This document shows positions 55,911 to 64,000 of a DNA stretch of 64,000 bases, one piece after another. Positions within the stretch are counted from its first letter, which is position 1. The number at the start of each line of letters is the position of its first letter. This DNA is from an uncultured virus (IMG/VR IMGVR_UViG_3300046523_000170) (lineage: Duplodnaviria; Heunggongvirae; Uroviricota; Caudoviricetes). Location of the stretch: IMG/VR virus record IMGVR_UViG_3300046523_000170, one strand, 5' to 3'. Position numbers and translations under genes: made by a program. The notes beneath the pieces are model-generated. The model was not told the DNA's origin and did not search any database. It saw only the letters and a list, made by a program, of their open reading frames with translations.

Positions 55911-56417
55911 ATGATGGGGGCATTGCTGTTGCGCCTGGCGCCGTACAAGCTCGCGGCCGAGATCCTGATCTTTGGCGCGCTTGCCGTCGGCGCCGCGGTC
56001 TGGGCTCACCAGTTCCTCGAGCACGAACGCGACATCGGTCGGCAGGAGGTGCAGACCCGATGGGATCAGCAGAAGGCTGCCGACAAGCTTGCCGCTGAGC
56101 GACAGGAAAAGGACTGGCGCGAGAAGTACGACGTCGCAATCAACCTTGGATCCGAAAATGCCAAAGCACTTCGCACTGATGCTGCTGCCGCTCGCGCTGC
56201 TGCTGACGGCCTGCGTAGCACCACCGACAAGCTCGGCCAGTTCCTGGCCGGCGCCTCCGCCGAAACCGCCCGTAAGTACGCCACAGCCTACCAAGCCGTA
56301 TTTGCAGACTGTGTCGGACGATATCGCTCGATGGGAGAAGCAGCTCAAGGACACGCTAATGACGCCGCAACCCTGAGCGCCGCATGGCCGCAGGGCGCTC
56401 CGAAGCCGCAACCGTAA
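55911..56417 (+). CDS. i-spanin (Rz-like)
   Basis: N-terminal TM, coiled coil, ends AAWP. Confidence 0.75.
   Translation: MMGALLLRLAPYKLAAEILIFGALAVGAAVWAHQFLEHERDIGRQEVQTRWDQQKAADKLAAERQEKDWREKYDVAINLGSENAKALRTDAAAARAAADGLRSTTDKLGQFLAGASAETARKYATAYQAVFADCVGRYRSMGEAAQGHANDAATLSAAWPQGAPKPQP
56158..56376 (+). CDS. Embedded o-spanin lipoprotein (Rz1-like)
   Basis: +1 frame inside Rz; MPKHFALMLLPLALLLTAC lipobox then Pro-rich segment. Confidence 0.8.
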   Translation: MPKHFALMLLPLALLLTACVAPPTSSASSWPAPPPKPPVSTPQPTKPYLQTVSDDIARWEKQLKDTLMTPQP

Positions 56418-56424
56418 GGACAAC

Positions 56425-57621
56425 ATGACCAAGCAACCAATCATCGACCCGAAGCTGATCGAGTTCGCTACAGTGCGCCAGGCTGAATACGTTGAGGCGT
56501 CGAATCGCCTTGGCAGCATGCGTGCCGCAGCACGCGAGTTGGGCGTCGCGAAAAATGCCGTGCAAGAGGCCGTCGCAAGATTGAAGGTATGCGCCGCTCA
56601 GCAGCACGGGTATGCCCCCGGCCACTTCGAAAGCGGTGTCGCGCCTGGATTCAACATGGGTAAGGTTACCGTGCAGCGCGGCCCAAGTGGCGAGGTCGAG
56701 CGCACGTGGGAACGTCAGAGCCCAGACCGTGAACGGCAGCAGGAGTTCATGCGCGCTGCAGCGGCTGCGATGGTGGAAGACCTGCCGCGCGCGAAAGCAA
56801 TGAAGGCGCCGGTGGTGACCGATGCAAAGCTGGCCAGCGTCTATACGTTGACAGACGCCCATGTCGGGGCCATGTGCTGGCACCGCGAGAACCTCGATCC
56901 AAATGGGGACTGGGATCTGGCGATCGCCGAGCGCACGTTGACCGGCTGCTTCGAGCATATGGTGAGGGCCAGCCCGCCGGCACGCGTCGGCATCGTCGCG
57001 CAGCTCGGGGATTTCTTGCACAGCGATGGCATGGGCATGATTGAGGGCAGAACGCCCACTTCTGGGCACGTTTTGGACCAAGATGGGCGCTTCTCTAAAG
57101 TGGTCCAGACGGCGATCAGGATCTTGCGCCGCGTGGTCGGTTTCGCCCTCAATAAGCATGAGCGCGTCGTCGTCCTGATGGCTGAGGGTAATCACGACCT
57201 CGCGTCAAGCGTCTGGCTGCGCGCCATGTTCAAGGCACTGTATGAGAATGAGCCGCGGGTCGAGGTAATCGATTCAGAGCTGCCGTACTACGTCTACCAG
57301 CACGGCCAGACCATGCTGGCGTGGCATCACGGCCACCTGAAGAAGAACGACCAGCTGCCACTGCTGTTCGCCGCGCAGTTCCCGAAGGTCTGGGGCGGCA
57401 CTACGCGCCGGTACGCGCATACGGGTCACCGCCATCACTTCGAAGAGAAGGAGCACTCGGGCATGTCCGTCGTCCAGCATTCCACGCTGGCAGCCCGGGA
57501 TGCCTACGCGGCACGTGGCGGTTGGATGAGCGATCGGCAGTGCACGGCGATCACATACCATGCCGACTTCGGGCAGGTTTGCCGCAACACCGTCACGCCG
57601 GAAATGCTGCTGGCCGCGTAG
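56425..57621 (+). CDS. HTH + metallophosphoesterase-like protein
   Basis: TDAHVG, LGDFLH, EGNHD, HHGH, TGHRHH motifs; N-terminal SMRAAARELG. Confidence 0.85.
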   Translation: MTKQPIIDPKLIEFATVRQAEYVEASNRLGSMRAAARELGVAKNAVQEAVARLKVCAAQQHGYAPGHFESGVAPGFNMGKVTVQRGPSGEVERTWERQSPDRERQQEFMRAAAAAMVEDLPRAKAMKAPVVTDAKLASVYTLTDAHVGAMCWHRENLDPNGDWDLAIAERTLTGCFEHMVRASPPARVGIVAQLGDFLHSDGMGMIEGRTPTSGHVLDQDGRFSKVVQTAIRILRRVVGFALNKHERVVVLMAEGNHDLASSVWLRAMFKALYENEPRVEVIDSELPYYVYQHGQTMLAWHHGHLKKNDQLPLLFAAQFPKVWGGTTRRYAHTGHRHHFEEKEHSGMSVVQHSTLAARDAYAARGGWMSDRQCTAITYHADFGQVCRNTVTPEMLLAA

Positions 57622-57789
57622 GTCTTCGATCGTGCGGTAGGGCCATCACCCGCGCCGCCACGTCGGGCGGCACGCCGCTCATCGCTAACGTAACGGACGT
57701 AGCCTGCCACCCGACCAACGGGAGCAGTATCAGCGCCAGGTCGACCCGACTGGCGGTGATTAGGTCGGTTCGAGGGTCGCAACCCCGCA

Positions 57790-58188
57790 CTACTTGCATG
57801 TCGCCTTAGCCTCCGCTGGATCTCGCCCAGCTTCGCGCGTCTGGAGGGTGCAACTGGTAATCTTCGGCCCCAGCTCCTCCCACCACGTGATATCCCCGGC
57901 GCCGTACGAGCACACCAGCCATTTCTGCCGACCAAGCTCGAAGCCGTGTAGCACCTCCCAGCCTCCCTTGACCTTGCGCCGGTCGCCCTGCAGCTCGCCG
58001 CGGCCGTTCAGCTCCCCCTCATACATGCCGGCGCCGCTTAGCTTAGCCTTCGCGATGAAGCCTACTCCCTTATGCTGGTACGGGACCTCGGAAATTCGCG
58101 TGTCCTGCCAAGGGTAGAACTTCGGGCATTCGATCACCTGGGCAGCCGCAACTGACGGCAGGGCGAGGAGCAGAAGCGCGGCCCTCAT
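57790..58188 (-). CDS. STY0301-like exported protein, putative amidase immunity protein
   Basis: Signal peptide, IECP..KWLVCSYG..CTL..CK; ATGA overlap with the upstream amidase. Confidence 0.75.
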   Translation of the reverse strand: MRAALLLLALPSVAAAQVIECPKFYPWQDTRISEVPYQHKGVGFIAKAKLSGAGMYEGELNGRGELQGDRRKVKGGWEVLHGFELGRQKWLVCSYGAGDITWWEELGPKITSCTLQTREAGRDPAEAKATCK

Positions 58189-58604
58189 GACATCACCACA
58201 TAGAACTGGTCAGCATTGTCACAGTCCGAGTAAGGGTTGCCCTGTTGGCGTGGTTTTTCGCCGCGCGCCCAGATGTCTCGTGCCATCACTAGATTCCTCG
58301 GATGGCGCCCTCTAAACTGATCCATGACGCTGATGCTCATCACTTTGCCGCTCACGCTGCGCGCGAAGTCGATGAACAGCGCAGCGTGATAGCCGTGCCG
58401 GTTCGGGAATTTCCCATTTACGAAATTGGCGATGACGGTTCCCGGATTCAAATAGCTCAGGTCGACCACGCGCGGGCCCGGATACCAGCGCATTGTCGGT
58501 CCAACCGAGGTGAGCGCCTGGACCAGTGCGACGCACTCGCCATCGCGATAGGGCGCATGACCCTCCAGCTCATCCACATTGCCCGCATAAATCGTCGCGC
58601 CCAT
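58185..58604 (-). CDS. BPSL0067/Tae2-like peptidoglycan amidase effector
   Basis: ECVALVQ..PGTVIANF..GYHAALF..VMDQ..DNADQFYV; Cys-His dyad, no signal peptide. Confidence 0.8.
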   Translation of the reverse strand: MGATIYAGNVDELEGHAPYRDGECVALVQALTSVGPTMRWYPGPRVVDLSYLNPGTVIANFVNGKFPNRHGYHAALFIDFARSVSGKVMSISVMDQFRGRHPRNLVMARDIWARGEKPRQQGNPYSDCDNADQFYVVMS

Positions 58605-58705
58605 ATGTCCTCCGTCGTTGAGAGATCATGGTCACCTTGTTGGGTTTACAGCAACTTGGCGGGCGTCAACTGAGCGTGGTAGCCATCTCAAGCGGTGATG
58701 CTATA

Positions 58706-58721
58706 CTGTTCATATATACAG
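58706..58721. promoter_or_regulatory. LexA (SOS) box upstream of imuA remnant
   Basis: taCTGTTCATATATACAGta. Confidence 0.85.
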
Positions 58722-59128
58722 TATTTCCGCGCATCACCATGACTCAAGCTTCCTCCTCCATAGAGCCTGAAGAACTGCACCCTTCGCTCTGGCGAGCATC
58801 CCAGCTCGCCCGCAATCACACGGCATGCGTCGATACCGGGCACCTGAGCCTGTCGCAGCAGTTGCCTGGCAGCGGATGGCCGAAAGGCATGCTGGTCGAT
58901 TTGCTCCTCCAGCAGCCCGGAATAGGGGAAATTCGCCTGCTCGCTCCAGCGCTGGCTAAAGTGGCGGCACGTAAAGTTGGATGCTTCGCCGGCACCGCTG
59001 CGCCTAGGGTTGCGCCCGAAGGCGGGCGGCATCGAGATTGACGTCATCAAGCGCCGCGGGCCGCAGCGTGATGCGCCGCTGTTCCTGCCGATGCAAATTG
59101 GTCCTGCTAGAATATTTGGGTATCCGGA

Positions 59129-60538
59129 TTAGCGTGTTGAAAGAAGTCTTTCACTCGCAAGGCCCAGCGTGTGGAAACGAGACAGACAGAGGTTGCACAT
59201 AACAATGCGCTTCTCCTCCCCGTCACGGGTCACCTTGGCAAGAACAGGGCGATTGAGCGGCGACCTGTTATCGAACTCGGTGCCGCAGCTTTGGCATCGA
59301 TTGTCGGCGAGGGGGAGGTAATACTCGAAGGCCTTCACGCTCACGTCGGTGTGCGAAATCAAAGTCCAGGTCTTGTCCTTGACCCGTTTGCCAAAAAGGA
59401 CGCGAGCTCGCAAGACCTCGAAGCTGTACCCACGGCCGGCGCGGTTAATCTCCTTTGCCACCCGGTTCAGCGCCTCCGTGTAGGCGTTGGTGATGGGGTA
59501 GTCGAAGAAGGCCAGGATGCCCTCTCGCCAGTTCTTCATCGCCGTCAGCAGTACCTTGAAGTCGTGCTTCAGGTCGGCAGGGACCTTAGAGGCGTAGGCG
59601 TCGAATGCCGCGGCGGCCGCAGCCTTGGGCATCTCGTAGATGGCGTAGAAGTCCTCCTTCAGCTTGTACGCGGCAGCCAGCTCGGGCTCATTATCAAGCC
59701 ACATGTCCCGGTTGAAGCGCTGCTTCTCGGTGAGGCCGGCGGACCTAAGGTTGAGGACGTGCTTCGACTGCAGCCAGTCGCGCCGCACGCCAGCCTTCTT
59801 CTCCTTCTGGAGCCGGATGCGGACCCGCTCCATGCAGTAGTTGGCCATCCGGACTACGTGGAACTTGTCGACGACCAGCGGCACGCCGGGAAGCATCAGG
59901 TGCGTCACCTCGCGGTATGGACGCCACATATCGGTTGCCACGCCCTTGACCATACTGCGGTCGCTGTACCTGGCCAGCCAGTTGATGACGGCTACCTTGC
60001 TCCGGTCGCGGAGCATGTCGATGGGCTGGCGGTTGCCGACGTCGGTGATTACGCAGCGCATTTCCCCGTCGATTTGAGTCTCGTCGATGCCGAGCCACTC
60101 GGGCAGCCGGGGGCGGTATTCGGCCTCCAGCTTGGCGATGAAGTCGCCGGCCAGCGTCCTGACGGTTTTGTCGTCGCACCCGACATCCTCCGCAATGCGT
60201 GTGAACGTATGGCTGAGGCAGCGGTAGGCGATAAAGGCAGAGCAGCGCTCGGTGATACGCCGGTCAGCCAGGATGCCGGCCAGAGGCTGGAGGAACGTTT
60301 CGCCGCACTCCCGGCATTTATACCGCTGGACCTTGGCAACCAGGCGGGTTGGCTCACCCCTGAGCGGACTGTCGATGTAGCTGACTGGCTTGGTGCCGTG
60401 GCGGTAGAGATTGCCGACGACACCACACTTCTGGCAAGAGTCAGGCTGAATTGTGTACTCGGCGTCAATCAGGTATTCGCCCGTCTCGCGGCGTGTGCCC
60501 GTCACCTTCCAGCCGGGAAGGTCGAGGATGTCCGTCAT
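59129..60538 (-). CDS. ISL3-family transposase
   Basis: Zn finger CQKCG..CRECG, LGIDE, TDMWRPY, VDKFHVV, TNAYTEALN. Confidence 0.94.
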   Translation of the reverse strand: MTDILDLPGWKVTGTRRETGEYLIDAEYTIQPDSCQKCGVVGNLYRHGTKPVSYIDSPLRGEPTRLVAKVQRYKCRECGETFLQPLAGILADRRITERCSAFIAYRCLSHTFTRIAEDVGCDDKTVRTLAGDFIAKLEAEYRPRLPEWLGIDETQIDGEMRCVITDVGNRQPIDMLRDRSKVAVINWLARYSDRSMVKGVATDMWRPYREVTHLMLPGVPLVVDKFHVVRMANYCMERVRIRLQKEKKAGVRRDWLQSKHVLNLRSAGLTEKQRFNRDMWLDNEPELAAAYKLKEDFYAIYEMPKAAAAAAFDAYASKVPADLKHDFKVLLTAMKNWREGILAFFDYPITNAYTEALNRVAKEINRAGRGYSFEVLRARVLFGKRVKDKTWTLISHTDVSVKAFEYYLPLADNRCQSCGTEFDNRSPLNRPVLAKVTRDGEEKRIVMCNLCLSRFHTLGLASERLLSTR

Positions 60539-60840
60539 TCGTCGTTCCAACACTGGCAGGTGGGGTCGGGGCAGCCGCAGTGCGTACAGTAATTCCCGAA
60601 CAACTCAAGCCGTTGCTCATCCGTCATTGCGGAAACGGCCGCAGCTATCCCCGACTTGTCGACCTCGAGGCGTCGTCGCTCGTCGGCCAGCATGTTGCAG
60701 ACCTCCCAAAAGGCTTTCGCTGCTGGAGTGTAGCGCTCAGCATCAGCCGAAACGCAACCCCATCGGATGAGCGAGTCGACTTCATCCATGAGAACGAGGG
60801 CTTTGTTAGCCCAGTTGTTAGAGGAGTATTCAGTACCCAT
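60535..60840 (-). CDS. IS passenger ORF
   Basis: Inside the IRs, GGAG RBS, ATGA overlap with the transposase; ends YCTHCGCPDPTCQCWNDE. Confidence 0.7.
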   Translation of the reverse strand: MGTEYSSNNWANKALVLMDEVDSLIRWGCVSADAERYTPAAKAFWEVCNMLADERRRLEVDKSGIAAAVSAMTDEQRLELFGNYCTHCGCPDPTCQCWNDE

Positions 60841-61115
60841 GTCCGCTCCTGTTCCACACGAAAATCCTGAGCTTCATTATTGCACAGAACTACCCTTTCC
60901 ACACCTTATTCCGCATACCCGAATATTTCAGCCGCAGCGCGAAACCGTTCCGGCGTGGGCAAAAGCGCATAGGTCAGCAGTACAAACAGGCTCCCAAATC
61001 GTTTCCGCAACTTGATCGAGAGCCGTTGAAAAATAAGGGAAAAATCCCATCAAAATCAGCGACCCTGCGGAAGCGAAAGCTGCGTAAGCTGTTGAGTTGA
61101 AAGGCTTAAGTGCGT

Positions 61116-61176
61116 AGTCTTGAAAACTGCCGACGGGTTAAACCGTTCGTGAGTTCGAATCTCACCGCTTCCGCCA
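61116..61176 (+). repeat. attR (displaced tRNA-Ser 3' fragment)
   Basis: Direct repeat of 107..167 differing only within a 6-nt variable-arm segment. Confidence 0.95.
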
Positions 61177-61188
61177 GTATTATGACGT

Positions 61189-61215
61189 AAGCCCTTGAAT
61201 ATTAAGGGCTTTTTT
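61189..61215 (+). terminator. Intrinsic terminator after attR
   Basis: AAGCCCTT..AAGGGCTT followed by T tract. Confidence 0.8.
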
Positions 61216-61242
61216 CATTATACCGATCAGTTACCCACGTTT

Positions 61243-61443
61243 CTACCCACAAGGACGGGCGAGCTTCATGCCTTCGGCAAAGGAGTTGACTTCATCAAGT
61301 GACCATCGCGTGCAACGGGTGGACAAGCGAATGGGGGCAGGAAAGCCCTTTTTGGTTTCGCACCAAAGCCATGCGGTGCTTATCCCAATCCCCAGAATGC
61401 TTGCTACCTTGCGAACAGGGATGAGATGGTCAGTGTGAGTCAT
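61243..61443 (-). CDS. AlpA-family regulator/excisionase
   Basis: VASILGIGISTAWLW..FPAPIRLSTRCTRWSLDEV; AGGAGG RBS. Confidence 0.88.
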   Translation of the reverse strand: MTHTDHLIPVRKVASILGIGISTAWLWCETKKGFPAPIRLSTRCTRWSLDEVNSFAEGMKLARPCG

Positions 61444-61664
61444 GTAATACCTCCTTCTAAAAACGTTAAAGCCGAAGCCTCCTATGTGTGTGTTTGCAAT
61501 GGGCGTGCAGAATCGCCAGTAGGTCGCTACCATGATCGGATTATCTCACTGGAAATGATTTCCTGCAAGGACTAAAATTCCAATTTGCGCCTGCGTGGCT
61601 TAACACGATTTGCCCGGGAATTGTTGATCATGTTGACGAAAATGAAATATCCAGTAGTGTTGGA

Positions 61665-62408
61665 GTGGTCGTGAAGAAGTCGCAGGTTGCGGCGAGGCTG
61701 GTTAAGCTTGATGCTCATGCTTCGCATCTGTTGGACGCGTTTCTAGTTCTGCGAGAGCGCTATGCGATGCTGCATCCGATGCTGTTTAAGGAGGGGGTAC
61801 CTGAGCGTTGGGGGAGTGGTAAGCGGGCAAGGGGGTACTTCACTTTGCGGCACACGTTGTTTCTCGCCTGCTGTCAGGACATAGCGAAGATTGTGATGGA
61901 CGATCATGATCAGACTCCCAGTGTAAAGAAGCTGGTGGTTGCGTTGGAAAATCCACTTGTTCGGTCGGAGTTGCGCAAGCGTTACACGGTTGTTCAGGCA
62001 ACGATAGTAGATGGGGAGCCGGATCAAGGTTTGATTGAGGTATTGCGTCGAATGGATGAGCAAGAGGCGCTACAGCTTGGTAGAGAGTTCGACCGTCATT
62101 ACACTGACCTTGTGCGAGCGTGGGATGATCTCGCATCATCCCAGGCCATCAGCGGCTTTGTAACCATAAGGGATAAGGCATCGGCCCATGCTGAGTTGAC
62201 GATGCGGGACGGGGTCTATTCGTTCTTTGACGTTTCTACTGCGGGGGTTACATGGGGCGATCTCCGTACGGCCATAGCCTTAGTGCAGCATGCGGTTGAG
62301 TTGCTAGGTGCGGTTATCCGGGGTGCGGGCTTTGCATGGGAGATGCTAGGCAAACAGCTTGAGAAGGCTGCGAATGATTTCTGGATAGTCGACACTCGGT
62401 CGCCTTAA
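61665..62408 (+). CDS. Putative HEPN-domain (AbiU2-like) protein
   Basis: All-helical, RDKASAH (R-x4-6-H) motif, PSVKKL segment. Confidence 0.6.
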   Translation: MVVKKSQVAARLVKLDAHASHLLDAFLVLRERYAMLHPMLFKEGVPERWGSGKRARGYFTLRHTLFLACCQDIAKIVMDDHDQTPSVKKLVVALENPLVRSELRKRYTVVQATIVDGEPDQGLIEVLRRMDEQEALQLGREFDRHYTDLVRAWDDLASSQAISGFVTIRDKASAHAELTMRDGVYSFFDVSTAGVTWGDLRTAIALVQHAVELLGAVIRGAGFAWEMLGKQLEKAANDFWIVDTRSP

Positions 62409-62507
62409 AATTAACAGAGTAATCCTAGGGTTTCGGTGGGGCAGGGAGGGCGCATTGCCAAAGCGGTGGCGGCGCGGTATTGACTGAATAGAGAGAAAAG
62501 GGAATGT

Positions 62508-63470
62508 ATGGTTGAGCCAGTATCAACAGGGTTGGCGATTGTGACGGACGCGGTTGTTGGGCTTCCAGAGCCTGTAAAGGCATCGTTCTTTAAGTCGCTG
62601 GGGAGCTTGATTGGTAGCTTAAGTGCTCTCCCGGCCGCTAAAATCAAGCAGTGGACGCAAGGCGTTGATGACACAACGGCGGCCAAATCCTTGATATCAG
62701 CAGCGGTGGCGAAAGCTGCTGCTGATCAGGTAGTAAAGGATTCACTGTTGGTGCAGGCAGCAGTGGAGACCTTTCTGCCAACAGACATTCGCAAGGCGCG
62801 GAACCGTTTAGTTGTTGCGCAAAGTGCGGCTGAACGGCTGGCAGAAGAAGCGCATGCAGGTGCTAGTGGTGACGGGGCGGCTCCGCCGGATGATGATTGG
62901 ATGAATCGCTTTGCGCGATTTGCAGAGGATGCTTCGTCGGAGAGACTGCAAAGCCTGTTCGGACGTATTTTAGCTGGGGAAATTCTTCGTCCGGGGGCGT
63001 ATGGACTGGCTACGCTTAGAGCCTTAAGCGAGTTGGATCAGTCAATAGCGAACGACTTTACTTTTGCTTGGGCTAGGAGTGTGGGTGAGGCTGTTGACTA
63101 CAGTCCTGAATGGCATCGAGGCGAGTGCTTTGCAAGGTGGAAGCGGTTGAGCGAGGCAGGTCTTATGGCTCCCAGCAGCACTGCTCAGTATCTTCCGCCG
63201 TTCAATCCAACACATAACGGTCAGTCCTTATGGACGCCCATGATGGCAGGAGGTGCATGGCTCCTCGTGTATTTCCAGCAGGGTTCCGGGGCGCAGTGGG
63301 ATCACATCGATTTCACGCGAGTCGGCCGAGAGCTCGGCAGCTTGCTCGAAAGGCCAGACTATGAGACGAACATGCGAAATGCGGCTAATCGTCTTCCGCG
63401 AAGTGGGCTGACCCGGATAGAGCTATATTCGTCGGTTGCGCCTGCAGAGGTGCTTTGGAAGCTAGGGTAG
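62508..63470 (+). CDS. DUF2806-like protein
   Basis: DDDWMNRFARFAEDASSERLQSLFGRILAGEILRPG.Y.L.TLRAL. Confidence 0.8.
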   Translation: MVEPVSTGLAIVTDAVVGLPEPVKASFFKSLGSLIGSLSALPAAKIKQWTQGVDDTTAAKSLISAAVAKAAADQVVKDSLLVQAAVETFLPTDIRKARNRLVVAQSAAERLAEEAHAGASGDGAAPPDDDWMNRFARFAEDASSERLQSLFGRILAGEILRPGAYGLATLRALSELDQSIANDFTFAWARSVGEAVDYSPEWHRGECFARWKRLSEAGLMAPSSTAQYLPPFNPTHNGQSLWTPMMAGGAWLLVYFQQGSGAQWDHIDFTRVGRELGSLLERPDYETNMRNAANRLPRSGLTRIELYSSVAPAEVLWKLG

Positions 63471-63535
63471 TAATTCCGTAGCGACAGATAGGTTGCGCAA
63501 GGAATGGCCATCGTTTGCGATGGCCAGTGCGAATG

Positions 63536-64000
63536 TCATGTGGCTGGATGTATGCTTGCGTGAGAATGTTGGTAGATATGCTGCATCTTCCCGATCATGG
63601 CATCCAGCAGGTTGTCGCCAGTCTTGACCTTGATCGCTGCGTTGCCAGCGTAGATGGGCCGGCTGCTGGTGAGGGCTGCTACCTTTTTGTCCCGCTTCGG
63701 TCTAGATGCCGAAAAGATTTGCCCCTGCTTCTCCCACTCCTTGTCGAGCTTGTCCCGGGCTTTGTGGATGTAGCTCAGCCATTCCAGCGCATCTATTAGG
63801 CGTGTCTTCGCTTGGTCTGTAGCTCGGTTGGTTGGACCAAGGTAGGGGAGTTGGGCGTAATGGTTCCCGCTATGGATTTCGTTCTTCGGCTTCGCAATCC
63901 ACGGATCATTCAGTCCCTGCTTTCGGCACTCTTTCGTCAGCCAGCAGTCATCGAACATGTTCAGGATGGCCTGTGGTGGTGATCCATCCGCGTCAACCAA
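63536..64000 (-). CDS. Partial hypothetical protein (runs off the window)
   Basis: Open frame to the window edge. Confidence 0.5.
   Translation of the reverse strand: MVDADGSPPQAILNMFDDCWLTKECRKQGLNDPWIAKPKNEIHSGNHYAQLPYLGPTNRATDQAKTRLIDALEWLSYIHKARDKLDKEWEKQGQIFSASRPKRDKKVAALTSSRPIYAGNAAIKVKTGDNLLDAMIGKMQHIYQHSHASIHPAT

Larger units (their letters stand above)
59118..60920 (-). mobile_element. ISL3-family insertion sequence (1803 bp)
   Basis: 26-bp imperfect terminal IRs starting GGGTAT (21/26 match) and 8-bp target duplication GAATATTT at 59110-59117 and 60921-60928. Confidence 0.93.
58739..61015 (+). pseudogene. imuA: imuA pseudogene (internal deletion/frameshift plus ISL3 insertion)
   Basis: LHPSLWRASQL..QLPGSGWP..QQPGIGEIRLLAPAL; after about 58980 another frame reads DASPAPLRL..KRRGPQRDAPLFL and continues beyond the IS to the stop at 61015. 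Confidence 0.8.
107..61176. mobile_element. Complete-looking lambdoid siphovirus prophage integrated in tRNA-Ser
   Basis: Bounded by a direct repeat of the tRNA 3' part; contains integrase, immunity, replication, head, tail and lysis modules in lambdoid order. Confidence 0.96.

Noticed and set aside
59171..60592. 473-aa ORF on the + strand
   Set aside because: Antisense shadow of the ISL3 transposase
61116..61176. Second tRNA gene
   Set aside because: Lacks the 5' acceptor strand and D-arm; it is the attR fragment

Overview
The window is almost entirely one apparently complete lambdoid prophage with an HK97-like head and a long non-contractile tail (about 61 kb, 107..61176). It is integrated in the 3' half of a tRNA-Ser(TGA) gene in a GC-rich host, probably a betaproteobacterium (Burkholderiales-like, by inference only). 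The order is: tRNA/attL, integrase and excisionase, a leftward early operon of mosaic accessory genes with RdgC, then an immunity region in which OL and OR lie about 5 kb apart and enclose cargo. Next come cro/cII-like genes, nin-type genes (HNH, Ref-like nuclease, DNA methyltransferase, Rha-antirepressor, replication pair, RusA, Q-like) and an ORF-poor, hairpin-rich late leader. These are followed by HNH-terminase-portal-protease-capsid, a putative beta-propeller head fibre, the tail, lysis genes, morons (Tae/Tai-like pair, decayed imuA interrupted by an ISL3 element) and attR. A second integrated element appears to start right after attR. The most unusual signals are three. (1) A roughly 390-nt ORF-free, highly pairable candidate ncRNA next to OL, upstream of an unknown 131-aa ORF. 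(2) A split immunity circuit: a peptidase-less CI, a stand-alone copy of its C-terminal domain, and a separate HTH-S24 gene under a perfect LexA box. (3) A cluster of structured RNA elements in the late leader. All family names come from motif recognition by eye; no database search was run.
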